In this document: piece by piece, positions 42,925 through 57,086 of the stretch
Layout: every line of letters begins with the position of its first letter
Numbering within the stretch: position 1 is the first letter of the stretch
Source: Eledone cirrhosa
Taxonomy: Eukaryota
DNA length: 64,000 nucleotides
Direction: 5' to 3'
NCBI GenBank assembly: GCA_964016885.1
Contig: OZ024742.1
Location: 265,918,001 to 265,982,000 of the forward strand
Made by a program: the position numbers and the translations under genes
Notes under the pieces: model-generated
Database searches by the model: none
What the model saw: the letters and a program-made list of their open reading frames with translations, nothing else
What the model was told of the DNA's origin: nothing

Positions 42925-45243
42925 TGTAGTGACCTACATTCCGCGGGCTCACATACATTCTCTGTGCGTGATTTGGCTCAGTTCAGCCAATCAGCGCCAG
43001 TAGAAGAGGATGTATCCCTACGCGCCCTGAGGAAGAAATTCACCGCGTAGATTTGAAGAATCTCTAGCTTGTACCAGAAACTTTGAGCCATCAACACGCA
43101 TAATGTAACAGTGAGATATTGCACCACTAGCCTCGCCGGCTTAACGGCGCAATGGCACATTCCATTTTTGTAACCTCTTTGTATCTGTAACTTCAACCAT
43201 ATAAATAAACAAACATTTCATCTCTAATTACTGCGGTTGAAGTCGTTATTATGTTACTCGTGTCTCGATAACATCTACAACTAATACTGCTAAAGTGGTG
43301 ACCGACGTAAGAATATCACGCAGCCCTTCTTATTCATTCAGTTTAACTTTTATTGCCACGTCGCAACTTGCGAAAATCCAGAATATTCCTTTTAAGATTT
43401 TTGAAAAATTAGCAGTATTTCAAAAACTTTTTCGCCACGAAAAAATTTCAAGATGGCTACCGACATGTCATGGCTACGCTTGACAACAACAATGACAGCA
43501 GCAGCGACAGCGTTGTTTAACCTCTGACCAATACAGGGAACAGTGAGTGGCAGCTTCATAACCTTACCAACGCCAACCACCACACATCGGAAATTTCAAA
43601 ACGGCTTGTAACTTTACCGACGCAACCACCATACCTTCTGTCTCGTTACCACAGGGACGCGAGAAATTGAGACAGTAGTTTTCTCACCATTATGGCGTCA
43701 GACGTGACTGCCATATTTGGTGACTCCTACTCTACAGAAGATTCTTTGACTTTGCTTTAACAATAAGCAACACAACCGTGTGGCGGGACGGGAAAATGGC
43801 CACGAAATCTCACAAAAACACCATACATCTAACCCCTAACGGCATTAACAAACTTCTTTTTCAGTTTTCAGATAGAACTAGTGTCTGTACACTGGTGATG
43901 TGTGAACTATTTGACTTTGAAAAACTTTGAACTTATTGAGCAATTTCTCTGCTCCCCTAGATTGACTTTGAATTATCAGTTTGTTACATTCACATATTTC
44001 TTTGTAGAATGCATTTACTTGTTTTGTGCTCTTTTGCTATTTGCTTGCTCATGGTTTTTGTTCATTCACATTCTTTGCTGTTTTACATGCCTGCATATGC
44101 ACACATTTTTTTATCACACACCAACATGTTGTTCTTGGTATATGTTCTTCAAACGTAATATTCTGCGAGTCCCTTTTCACCTGGTTGAGATGCTGGCAGC
44201 TCACAGAGCTTAATCCACTGGATTCAAACAGTTACCGCAACACGAGAATACTAATTGCCGCTGAACTCAAACAGCTTCGCATCTCGTTGCACACTGATCG
44301 TCCATGACGGCCATCCGTCTTGTTGTTTTTGCCCGACTCGCTGGGAAAGCAACAAATTGAACTGGACTTGTTAGCATTTCGGCCACTTCTGTGGATTCGC
44401 CCGAATTATGGAATTTACACTGCAACCCACCTACGAATTAAACTTGCCTTTTGTTCTTTACAAAGCAACCAGCCATTTTTTCCTGGCTCCACAGCACATT
44501 CGACAATACATCTGGGGGGCCATCATTTTCTCGCCAGCACTGGTAAACTACCATAATAGCTTCGTTCACAGCTACTGGTACAACGCTTACCATTAACATT
44601 TAATGCAAGAACAGCAACCTCGCCCATGTCAGACTTTATCCGTTTTTTGTTAGACCTTTGGCGGTCACGTATAAACAACAAAACAACTGGTCATTTGACA
44701 CAGCGGCTCAACACGGCCCGTAGCGCCTCATTTTTTGTTCTTGCATGCAACCTTCTGCTCAATTATTTTTTCACTGATGTGCTCTTTCAGCATTTGTTCT
44801 TGCTGATTTAATAATATGTGGATCCTTGGTTTCTTCGTTATCGATTTTCGGCTGAAAATCTGGTTGGAGGTGATGTAGTGACCTACATTCCGCGGGCTCA
44901 CATACATTCTCTGTGCGTGATTTGGCTCAGTTCAGCCAATCAGCGCCAGTAGAAGAGGATGTATCCCTACGCGCCCTGAGGAAGAAATTCACCGCGTAGA
45001 TTTGAAGAATCTCTAGCTTGTACCAGAAACTTCGAGCCAGCAACACGCATAATGTAACATTAAGATATTGCCCCACTAGCCTCGCCGGCTTAACGGCGCA
45101 ATGGCACATTCCATTTTTGTAACCTCTTTGTATCTGTAACTTCAACCATATAAATAAACAAACATTTCATCTCTAATTACTGCGGTTGAAGTCGTTATTA
45201 TGTTACTCGTGTCTCGATAACATCTACAACTAATACTGCTAAA
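42925..45243 (+). mobile_element. Non-autonomous Gypsy-type LTR retroelement (370 bp LTRs, about 1.58 kb internal region without recognisable coding)
   Basis: LTRs 42925-43294 and 44874-45243 (TGTAG...CTAAA) with TSD CACT. PBS TGGTGACCGACGT at 43296 resembles tRNA-Trp. GGTTGGAGGTGA precedes the 3' LTR. Confidence 0.92.
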
Positions 45244-45245
45244 CA

Positions 45246-45348
<103 letters not shown>

Positions 45349-46340
45349 AGATAAAAATTGAAAATGCCTCTGAAGCCTTTAAATAGATACATTTACATTA
45401 ACTTAACCGGTTTCAAAATTTGATTTTCAAAGTTTCAGTAAGCTTGGCAGGTCATCGAGCTATGCCGGAAATCTTGCATCATCATCATAAACGGCAAAAA
45501 CATCACGCCCAAAAAGGAATGACTTAACCTTAACCTTAACTAGTGAAATAGTTACGGCACAGCTCTACATCCCTCCATTCCACTTAACATTTGAAAATCA
45601 TGATAATCTGAAACCAGTTAAGTTGTTCTAAGTAAATCTTCTTAATGAAGTGCATGTTAAACTTGTTTTGTTTATATATACGTATATGTAGGGGGTGTGT
45701 GTTGTGTATGTATATACACACACAGATATCTATATATACATACACACATACACACACACATATATATATATATACATACATCTATATATATATGTATATA
45801 TATATACACAATACATATATGTATATATATATGTATGTGTATGCATGCCTGGCTTTATGCGTGTGTTTGTGTATGTGTATTTCTGGTTTTGTTTGTGTAT
45901 GCGTGCCTATATGATTCTACTTGTAATTCAGCCCGGGCGGACACTGCAAATGGAAAAAGGAATAAAGATAAAGTAAAACTATATTTAAAAAAACACAAAA
46001 ACAAATCAAAATTATCAAAATATAGTATCATTTTTTAAAATTCGGAAATATCTGGAAACTAGATATATTTTAGAATTGAGGAGTTTGTTTTTTAAGTGGT
46101 GTCATGATAGGGTGAGGTAAAGATACCCGCTGGGAATCATACCTTTAGAATTTGGTTTAGAAATTCAAAGAAAAAAATTCTAAATAAAATATATAATGTT
46201 TTAGAAATATTTCGTGAATTTAATATCATATTCAGTTGGTTTCCATTCGTGGCAGAATTATTAAAGAGGTGGATAGAAGGCTTTACTCTAACTGATCCTG
46301 CATTCTGCGTTCTGAATTCAAATCCTATATATTATATATA

Positions 46341-46626
46341 CAGTTTTTCCCCGGTATTCGCGGGGGTTACGGTCCTAGAGCACCACGAAGAGTGAAAAAC
46401 CGCGAATATAGGACGTGGTCCATAAAAATGCCTATAAACGTCAAAATATAACGTAAAATATAATAAAAAAGAGGGACCATCTTATGCGAAGGGGCGTCCA
46501 ATAGACCGGCAAATACGGTATATTGTTATTAATAATTTAGCGTTTAATAGATATATATTGCCATAAAAAATCCATTAAAAATCGCAGAAGATATGCACGC
46601 TTCCGCGAATACGGCGGTTTCCACGA
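46341..46626. mobile_element. Possible Tigger/pogo-type MITE
   Basis: TA|CAGTTTTTCCCCGGTATTCGCGG at the left end and an imperfect inverse CCGCGAATACGGCGG near 46603. Confidence 0.45.
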
Positions 46627-47051
46627 AGAATTATTAGTTAGGTTCCAAGGAAAGTTCCGGAAAGGAGACCAGAGTTAAATAAAACACTCGATACATTAGT
46701 CGAAAAGGTACATATTTATTTCACATAGAAATAACCTCCATAAGATTAGAATTGTAATTCTGTCTGATTGATATATAAAGGCAAAATTGATCTGTTTCAC
46801 ATTGGTATAATAGTAGCACAGCCTCACGGTATACGGTAGAGTGAGTTCAAGTACCACAGTTGACAATGTCTAGTTTTTTTGCGTCCAGGGGTTTACGTGC
46901 CCAACTTAGACTAATTTTCATAGTCAAAAACAGGCGTTGAAATTGTTAATTTTAAGTTAAATTTAAACTCAAAATTTTCGTAACTCGTTCAATGTTACTG
47001 ATAATAGACTTTTTCTCTTTCTCTCTCTCTTTCTCCCTCAATATATGTATG

Positions 47052-47109
<58 letters not shown>

Positions 47110-47111
<2 letters not shown>

Positions 47112-48579
47112 AGTGGTTACACAGCAGTTAGTTCACCATACCGAGAATAATTGTTTCACCTTAGCGGATCCTCAGTTCGTAATGGACATGGTTATACGGA
47201 ACAGCAAGGACAACCGTACGAACGCGCATGCGCAGAAACGATCACTTCACACAAGCAATACTAAATTGCGTGCGAGAAGTGTAAGGGAGATAACTGCGAA
47301 AGTCCGAAAGTTTCTAGTTGATAAGAAAATTAGGATGTTGTTGTAATTCAATCAGGAGATTTGTAGTTATGTAAGAGGTGTTTCCAGACGTGTGGACAAC
47401 GTGTGAAGAATTCAATTCTTGAGTTTAGGCAATCACTATAGTGTAATCTCTTTAGAATATTTATTCGTTCATCAATACATAGTCCACAGGACTCATGCCA
47501 CCCTCCCACTGTTTTTAGAAACTTCGTAAATAATATCAGTACTAGAATCTCAAACTTCTCCTCTAATAAGGCTATCTTTGACAGAGCGGCACCCTACTAT
47601 AACACAGCGCTAGCTAACAGCGGCTTCTCGCAACCTATCACTTACTCCCCCACTAACAACATCAGAAATAAGAAAACAAAGCGTAACAATAGACAAACTA
47701 TCTGGTTCTCTCCTCCCTTCTCACTCAACGTTAAAACCAATGTAGGCAAAAAATGTCTATTCCTCTTAGATAGGCACTTTCCCATAGGTCATAAATACCG
47801 CTCCATCTTTAACCGACACAAAGTAAAACTAGGATACTCCTGCGCTAAGAACATGAAGGCCCACATCACCAACAGCCCTAAGAGCAACACCCCACCAGGG
47901 TGCTCTTGCCGTAAGCCCGAAGCTTGTCCCCTTCAACAGCAATGCAACACACCCGCTGTAGTTTATGAAGCTGTGGTCACTTCCAACCGACTAAATCAAC
48001 CACAGGAGGTCAAATCATATGTGAGTATGGCGGAGGGACGATTTAAGGAACGCTTCCTGAACCACCAGTCGACTTTAAGTACCCGGACAGACGTTCATCC
48101 ACGAAACTCACAAGCCACGTATGGTCCCTCAATGACTCAAGTATAGACTACTCCATTCAATGGAAAGCCATCACTAAATCCAAGCCATACACAAGGGGCA
48201 ATCCGTTGTGTGGACTATGTATTGATGAACGAATAAATATTCTAAAGAGATTACACAATAGAGATTGCATAAACTCAAGGAATGAATTCTTCACACGTTG
48301 TCCACACGTCTGGAAACACCTCTTATATAACTACAAATCTCCGGATTGAATTACAACATCCTAATTTCCTTATCAAAACTTTCGGACTTTCGCAGTTATT
48401 TCCCTTACACCTCTCGCTCGCAATTTAGTATTGCCTGTGTGAAGTGATCGTTTCTGCGCATGCGCGTTCGTATGGTTGTTCTTCCTGTTCCGTATAACCA
48501 TGTCCATTACGAGCTGAGGATCCGCTAAGGTGAAACAATTGTTCTCGGTATAGTGAACTAACTGTTGTATAACCACTTC
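47110..48579 (+). mobile_element. Naiad-type PLE 3' fragment with about 375 bp tail-out inverted repeats
   Basis: 47110-47488 is an imperfect reverse complement of 48208-48579. Coding motifs IWFSPPFSLNVKTNVG, IFNRHKVKLGYSC and CSCRKPEACPL...VVYEA...FKERFLNH, with a frameshift. Confidence 0.88.
48510..48547 (+). ncRNA. Minimal type I hammerhead ribozyme (mirror copy 47142-47179 on -)
   Basis: CGAG-CTGAGGA-tCC gctaa GGt-GAAA-CAATTG-TT-CTCG. Confidence 0.75.
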
Positions 48580-48660
48580 TACCTAACTCGTCCCATGGAC
48601 TGAGTGCTCTACCACTACGGATATTACCTTCCAGTGTTCTACCACTATATATATATATAT

Positions 48661-48736
<76 letters not shown>

Positions 48737-48737
<1 letters not shown>

Positions 48738-48954
48738 TAATTTAATATATCAACTAACATAAGCGCACAGATGCACGCCCATGCCAGCAAATACACAGGT
48801 TATGTCATAGTACCTAGGTGGTTCAATGCAGGAGAATGCAGAACAATAATATAAAGGACGTAAAATAAGAAAATATTTTTTTTAAAAAAATTAAAAAAAA
48901 AAAAAAAAAATTTTTTTCTTACTTAAATTTTCACTCCAACTAATTAGTTACGTC

Positions 48955-48960
<6 letters not shown>
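48737..48960 (-). mobile_element. Diverged family-F copy truncated at hammerhead helix III
   Basis: Shares GAATGCAGAACAAT...GACGTAAAATAAGAAA...TTCACTCCAACTAATTAGTT, followed by a short inversion ACGTCCTTTATA. Confidence 0.7.
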
Positions 48961-48989
<29 letters not shown>

Positions 48990-49117
48990 TATGTATATAT
49001 ATGTATATATATATACATATAAATGTATATACAGAAGCGAAAACCAACCAAACAGTGAGTGTGTTCTGTTATTAATTCTGGCAATACTATTACACAAATA
49101 TGACCCTCCCCAAATAT

Positions 49118-49150
<33 letters not shown>

Positions 49151-49203
49151 CATATGTATACATAAATACATATATATACATATATATGTATATGTATATA
49201 AAC

Positions 49204-49269
<66 letters not shown>

Positions 49270-49291
49270 TATTATATATATTATTATTATT

Positions 49292-49334
<43 letters not shown>

Positions 49335-49499
49335 TTATATATATATATATATTTATTATTATATATATATATATATATATATATAGTAATAAATATATAT
49401 ATATATATAATAATAAATATATATATATATAATAATTATATATTATTATATATATATATATATATAATAATATATAATAATAAATATATATAATAATAA

Positions 49500-49538
<39 letters not shown>

Positions 49539-49544
49539 TATATA

Positions 49545-49640
<96 letters not shown>

Positions 49641-49690
49641 GTTTATATACATATTCATATATATGTATATATATGTATTTATGTATACAT

Positions 49691-49736
<46 letters not shown>

Positions 49737-50097
49737 TATGGTGGTGGTAGTTGGACTAGTTTTATCCTAAATATGTGATCATTGCATTTTCGGTATCACT
49801 TTCCTTTTATTCTGTAACAGTTTGATCTAAGCATGACATTCCTGTCCGAACCAACCACACCCTACATAATAAGCTGGTAGCTAAAGAAAGGAGTGGTGAC
49901 TTCCTTTTGAAAGACTTTAACATCATGCATAGCCACAAACATGCCTGCACACACATACCAAAAATACACGCAAACACATGTACACACACGCACAAAATAT
50001 AAACTCCAAATTATATATTTACAAGCCGAATCAACGTATCCTTCGTTTACCTGACGATCGCATTATGAATTATACCGAAGGAAATTAGGGTGAAAGG

Positions 50098-50135
<38 letters not shown>

Positions 50136-50779
50136 GAGGGGAAACAGGGTAAGTGAGAGGTGTGTTTTTTTGCGTGGTGGGGGGGGGTCGTGAAAATAAG
50201 TGTCCAGCAAATATATAAAAAAATTTGTTATATCTCAAAACAATAAATAAAAGATTCAATCGAAATCAATATATTCAGATTTAGAGCGAATATATGTATT
50301 GAAATATGGTGAAAAGCTAAAAAGACAAAACAATGGAAAATATATACCACCGCAAGACGACAGAACCTGACGTGGCCCAGGAATTGGAGTTAGGTAAGGC
50401 TGATGGGACAGACGAAAGTCTTTCCGTTCTCCATTGTACCGATGTCCAACGTAACTTGGATGACGTCATGTGCAACACCGCCTTCAAGTGGATCAAATCA
50501 GGGACCAACACCGCCTTGCCTGCCTATACTCTGCCTCGCATCTAAACAGTGGTGCTTGGCTTCGTTCGGTGCCTTTCTCATCAACCGGTACCCTTCTTGG
50601 TGAGTAGTGCTCCCGCATTGGAATGGCACAGTAGCTCTGCCTCCACATGTGCGAGCCACACAGATACCGTTGTGAAGCAGTGGGCGACGAGTTCTGTTTG
50701 TACCCCTTTTCTTGCAACCTGGTTGCAGGCCGGCTCCCCCCCCCCCCATCTATTGAGCAAGTGTGCCTACATAAGACAT

Positions 50780-51610
50780 ATTAGATCATGAGAGTTAGGA
50801 AGAAGCTCCTTGCGAAATGCTCCCTGCATGATAATCAAAACTCACATCCAAGGAAATTTCCCAGCAATACTGCAGTGAGTCCATGGATGAAAAACTGCAC
50901 GCTTATCAGCAAAAAATTATGCATGGATATGTTGCCAGAAAGCTCCAGAGTGAGAGTAATATAGATAAGCAAAGTAGTCTATCTTGGACCAACAAACGCT
51001 ATATTGGCTCTCTCTTTGAAGGATATGCTTTTGCAATCCAAGAACAGGAAATCAATACAAAATACCTGATTCAGAAAAGAGATAGGGATGCAGGCAAAAC
51101 ACCTAGATGTGTCAAGTGCAGACTCTGCAGAATTAACATCGAAGAAGTCACTTATGTCATAAACAGCTATCCAAAGATGTCATCACGGTACTATCTACCT
51201 ATGAGACATGATATACTGGCCAAAACACTATAGAATGCAATCCGTAGAAAAGATGGCCCCGACAAAAAACATTAAAAGCTACAGCAATGTGGAAGACACA
51301 CATATACATAATATGAAAGAGTACTGGTGGAATGTTCCAGGCAAAACCCCAATAAAATGCAAACATAAAAGACCTGATATAATGATATGGGACAGGGAAA
51401 AGAAGGCTTGCACAGTAGTGGAAGTTAGCTGCCCAGCAGATGTCAATATAATATTAAACATTAACGAAAAGGAGAACATCTATGCAGAACTAATGAGAAA
51501 TCTGCAGATACTCCACACTGTCTATGCCTCGGTAGAAATCTTGAGAAGCTGGACTTCATAGAATGAGAAAGAACACAACTAATTAGGAAGTTACAAGTAA
51601 AATCCATCCA
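50780..51610 (+). pseudogene. R4-like non-LTR element C-terminal remnant (zinc knuckle + restriction-like endonuclease)
   Basis: Motifs MHGY, FAIQEQEINTKY, CRLC...EEVTYVIN...MRHD and KRPDIMIWD...VVEVSCP. Confidence 0.82.
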
Positions 51611-51883
51611 ATACTCTATATAATAACTGCATATACACAGATGGAAAAGCAAGAAACATTATAAATTTACACAATTAATGAAAACAAATCTGTCCTCATC
51701 AAGAGGACTATCGTTCGAGAAAGACATGGTCTGATATGGAATAAATGAATTTAAAAAATTGAAATAAAGGCATACTTCTTGTGATTATTTCTGGCAGCGA
51801 CGGGTTACTCAGCTGGTATGTATATATAAAGAAAAGATGTTTAAAATGCTTTTGAAACTTAGATTCATTATTTATATTTCAAG

Positions 51884-52080
51884 TGCGGTGAATTGGCAGT
51901 ATCGGTAGAGGGTCGGACATGCTTTCCAGCATAGTTACGTCACTTTACTCCCTTTACGATCTGAGTTCAAATCCCGCCGAGGTTAACTTTGTCTTTCATC
52001 CTTACGGGGTTGATAAAATAAAGTACCAGTAATGTACCGGGATAATTGCTGGCTTTGTGCCAAAAGTAGAAACAATTATT
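51884..52080 (+). mobile_element. SINE family B
   Basis: Near copy of 30609-30803. Confidence 0.8.
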
Positions 52081-52287
52081 TATATTTCATGATTTTCAAG
52101 AGTAGTGTAACATGGATGTGGAGCTATTCCGGAAATAACATGCTAGAAGGTTACGGCATAGCTACACCTCCCTCCAGTTAACGCTACTTTTAAACGTCGT
52201 GAAATTATGAAACCGGCTAAGTTAATGTAAATGAATCCTCTTTAAAGTGCATTTTCAAATTCTTATCGTTATACGTCTACGCGTGTA

Positions 52288-52336
<49 letters not shown>

Positions 52337-52339
<3 letters not shown>

Positions 52340-52975
52340 AAGTCGGATGGGGCTAAATCGGGACTGTAAGGTGGGTGTCGGATGATTTTCCATGAAAGTT
52401 CGCGTAACACAGCTCGTGTAACCGAGCGTCGTGAGCCGGCGCATTGTGGTGGTGGAAGAGGACATACTGACGCAGCTTCCCCGGGAGTTTTTTCTGCGAT
52501 TTTCTTTGACAGTTTTCTCAAAACGCCTTCGTAATGTGCAGCTGTAATTGTTCTCTTGTTCTCGAGGAAGTAAAATCCCGTCTGCATCCCAGAAGACAGT
52601 GGCCATCACCTTCACTCTTTAACGTTCGGATTTTGCCTTGACTGGCCCACTTCCATCCTTGGGCAGCCACTGCTTCGATTGAGTTTTGTAATCATGATCA
52701 TACTGGTAGAGCCACGTTTCATCCCCTGTAACATTTCTCTGCAGAAAAGCTTCAGGGTCTTCATCAAAATATCTATCATTGTTTGCTGCTGATCTGGCCG
52801 CAATAGCTTTGGGATCCATCGAGCGGAAAGCGTGCTCAGCCCCAAACTCTCCACCAGAATAGCCTGTGTAGAACCCACAGTAATGTTGAGTGTGTCGGCT
52901 ACTGATTCAGTGATTATTCGCCTATCCTTTTCAATTAAGTCGCGAACAACATCGATGTTTTCCACAGACATATAC
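52337..52975 (-). pseudogene. mariner (Tc1/mariner) transposase remnant
   Basis: Motifs SARWIPKLL, VTGDETW, KVMATVFWD and HPPYSPDLAPSDF, with frameshifts. It is cut by (TA)n. Confidence 0.9.
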
Positions 52976-53452
52976 ACCATTGCCACACACTCACAATGGC
53001 ACACTAACCCATAACATTCATATACACACCACTCACTCGTCTGTACGCACTTTTAACAAACGTTCGCATGCACTCGCTTCTTTTGAGACACACATACGTA
53101 CATCCATACACACACACACACACTCACGTTTACATATACACACACATCTTACCTTTCACCATCCCCTCCTAGACTTTGAGTATTTTGCTTCCCCATCCAC
53201 CCCCCTCTCCCCAATCCTCCCTTAACCCACTCACACACACTATCACACCCATTCGATCCCACCACCCACCCCGTACCTACACAACCCCCTACCCCCTTTA
53301 TTGTTACATTAAATTTTTGTTTTTAATTTTGTCATTCATATTAATTTTTATTTTTATTTTTCTCTTCATATAGTGTTTTTTTACTTTGTGACTTCCCTCC
53401 TTAAAATTCTCCTTACTCCCTCTCGGAGTCCCTGTTCTTCCCCAATCCGAAC

Positions 53453-53488
53453 TTTCCTGATGAAGGACCTATGTCCGAAACGTTGAAA
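53453..53488 (+). ncRNA. Minimal type I hammerhead ribozyme in a PLE terminal-repeat remnant (about 52990-53570)
   Basis: TTTC-CTGATGA-a-GGAC ctat GTCC-GAAA-CG-TT-GAAA, with palindromic helix III ACGT. Confidence 0.75.
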
Positions 53489-53563
53489 CACCTGTTCCAC
53501 TTCCACCAAGCGTCAACCTAATATAACTGTGCAATTGCCTCCTGTGTTTTGTTCGTTCATTTC

Positions 53564-53634
<71 letters not shown>

Positions 53635-53637
<3 letters not shown>

Positions 53638-53841
53638 AAAGAGTCAGTGCCCCGACGGCAGAGCTCAAGCCGTTTGGACAGCTATTTCTGGACTAGTTAG
53701 TCCAGAAATAGTTGTCGAAACAGCTTGAGCTCTGCCGTCGGGGTTCAGACTCTATTCCTATTACCCACTCTACTACCCAAAGTATCGAGTACTCTGGTGC
53801 GTTATAGTCCACCTGGTTCCTTACCACACTTCCTTCGTTAT
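53635..53841 (+). mobile_element. Diverged member of the palindrome family with an 83 bp 3' tail
   Basis: The imperfect hairpin at 53635-53758 is homologous to 5974-6097. The tail TATTACCCACTCTACTACC...CCTTCGTTAT is shared with 62740-62824. Confidence 0.85.
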
Positions 53842-53865
53842 CTATATATATATATAAACTACCAC

Positions 53866-53992
<127 letters not shown>

Positions 53993-54073
53993 TAAGAAGA
54001 GCAGAACAAACAAACATTAAAGAATTCTTTTTAAAAATTTAAGAAATAATTTAAATATTTACCCGTTCATAAT

Positions 54074-54149
54074 GCTATTACCGGCGGTTTCGCTTTACAA
54101 AGGGTTAGAGATTCGGAGAATTTCTAAAAAGTAAAGTTCATCAGATAGC
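54074..54149 (-). ncRNA. Type I hammerhead ribozyme, canonical core
   Basis: Minus strand: GCTAT-CTGATGA-aCTTTAC[...]GTAAAGc-GAAA-CCG c CGG-TA-ATAGC, with a GUA site. Confidence 0.78.
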
Positions 54150-54608
54150 TATTTCCATACAGTAGAAACTAATCCCACAATCTGTAAATATATTGCCAAA
54201 TACCAGCTGGTATGAGTAAGACCGTTAAAATGACCCACACATGAACTGGGCACTAGAAAAAGCGGGAAATATTACAGGCGCGTTGATGGTTATTCTGCTA
54301 AAAAAATAGCAGTAAGTAGCAACGAATTTTTTTCTCAACATAGATCGGAGAATTCATAAAATGAGGTAAATATCTCTCTGAGTACTAAGTACCCATAGAG
54401 ATATATAGTGTGTCTATAATATAATTGTTGTTCAATGGTACTAATTCGAGATACCAGAACTATGTGGCCAGTTCATCTGTGGGTCATTTTAACGGCCTTA
54501 CTCATACTAGCTTCTTAATTTTTATAGTTCTGGTATCTCGAATTAGTACCATTGAACACCAATTATATTATAGACACACTATATATCTCTATGGGTACTT
54601 ATATTACC

Positions 54609-54679
<71 letters not shown>

Positions 54680-54682
<3 letters not shown>

Positions 54683-57005
54683 GGTAATATCAGCAAGAAA
54701 ATTGTTGATCGAATCATTCCGCAAATTAGAAAATTTGTAACACTTACATTATGGGATAACACTTCCCAGGTTATTGAATGGTTCACTAACATCGAGAATA
54801 AAAACTCAGATTCGTTCATACAATTCGACATCGATTCTTACTATTCTTCGATTTCTCCAATTCTCTTAAACAAAGCACTGATCTTCGCCAGAAATAGATC
54901 GGATTTATCTATTGAGGAAATCAACTTCATAACTCACGCTAGAAAAACCTTACTAAACTTCCAAGAAGAACACTGGACAAGAAACACATATAATAACTTA
55001 TTCGATATAACGATGGGATCCATGGACTCTGCTCCAGTTACAGACCTCGTTGGACTATTTCTCCTCTATAATATTCATTCCTCCTTTCCCTACCTCAAAG
55101 GTGGTCTTTATCGGGATGATTGTCTATTGATATCTAACAATCTTAGCAATTCTAATATAGAGAAAAACAAAAAACAAATTAGAAAATTCCTCAAGAACTA
55201 TTACAACCTTAACATCACCTTTGAAAACACCTCAAAAGTAGCTAACTTCCTTGACGTTACCTTAGAACTCTCTACGAATATTTATCAACCTTACCACAAA
55301 CCCAACCAGAATCTACACTATGTACATTCACGCTCTAACCACCCTGGCTCTATACTCAAAAACTTAGTATACAACATATCTCTTAGACTTTCTAAATTAT
55401 CTTCCAATGATGATATATTTTATAAACATGAACCCTTCTACAACGAGGCCCTAACTAGAACTGGATATAAAGAAAAATGTTCATATATCCCCAACACTAC
55501 TATGGACCAAACTACAAAACCTAGCAAAAACTACAAACACCAAAACATACCATCGAAACAAATGCCTAATGGAGTAATTCCTACCACACCAAACAACCGA
55601 AAAACCACAACAACTATTACTACACGATCTATGACCAATGTTATCAACTCACATATGACTACCAAACATTCAACCTCTCATAATCTACCCAATAATAACA
55701 CCAAATACAACCACTGCAATTTACCAAATTCCACAAATACAAATACTAACCATAGGAATTCTTCTAGACCACAGCACATTAATATAAGTGGGAATAATAA
55801 CTTAACTAAACACCGCAAAATAAACATAACATGGTACAACGCACTCTTCAACCTGCAAACTATTGGACAAATCCCCAAAAAATTCTTCGAAATTCTACAT
55901 AAACATTTTCCACCAAACCACAGATGCCACCAAATATTTAACAGATATACTGTTAAATTCTCATACTCTACATCAAACAATCTCCAGCAAAAATTAAGCA
56001 ACGACAACATTTATAAATTTAAAAATAATATGGCCACACCACCACAACATAATTTAAATAAGACTGCACCTTTTAAATGAACAAATAATACAATCCTTCA
56101 ACCTGGAAAACGCAACCATCCAAATCACCAACACAAAAACAACATAACACAAAATCACAATACAACCCTAGCACTAAACCACCCACAAAGCAGCATTCAT
56201 TCCCTCGCTAACATTAATTACAATAAGAATAGCTCAATTATTAATGGGAATTATGTAGGTTGTAATTGCAGAAATAGGAGCGTTTGCCCCTTAAATGGCA
56301 ACTGTTTGATTAATAATGTAATATATAAATGCACTGTGTCTACTACTGACTCCAACAAAACATATATAGGATCTACATCGAACACATTTAAGAAAAGATA
56401 TTACGCACACTCTTGTAGCTTTAACAATACTAAACTAGCTAACACCACATCTTTAGCTGAAGCAGTAAATAACTATAAAAAGAAGAAAAATAGATTTCAA
56501 GCTATCGTGAGATACCATTCTGCAAAGAACTCCATATCTTGGGAACAGGAGAGAATGCAGATTATGTTTCGGGGAGATCTTGGAAATTACTAAATCTAAG
56601 GACGATTTATTGAATAAAAGACAGGAACTGATTATAGCTTGTAATCACCGTATACGAAAAACATTTAAGTACTATAAACCTAATTAAATATTCTAAATAG
56701 CAACTCACTATAATTCTATGTAACGTACCATTTGTTAGTATCCCCTTCCCCTAATTATACGCCTTCCTGCTTATTTTTTTATTTTTTAACCTTTTAATTG
56801 TTTAGCTTCCATAGATTCATGCGTTACTAACTAAGGGCAACAAGGTATAACCACCTGTAATTGCATGGGTATACATGTATCTGTGTATGTATGATATGAG
56901 AATATATATATGTGTATATATATATGTGTGTATATTGTATGTGTGTGTATATGTGTATGTACATGTATGTGTGTGTACATATATATATATGTATGTATAA
57001 GTGTG

Positions 57006-57086
<81 letters not shown>

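Noticed and set aside
50317-50750. Possible Gypsy RT fragment on the minus strand (HLKAVL...LQFLGH)
   Set aside because: Only two short motifs in different frames and no YxDD in register, which is too weak to call.
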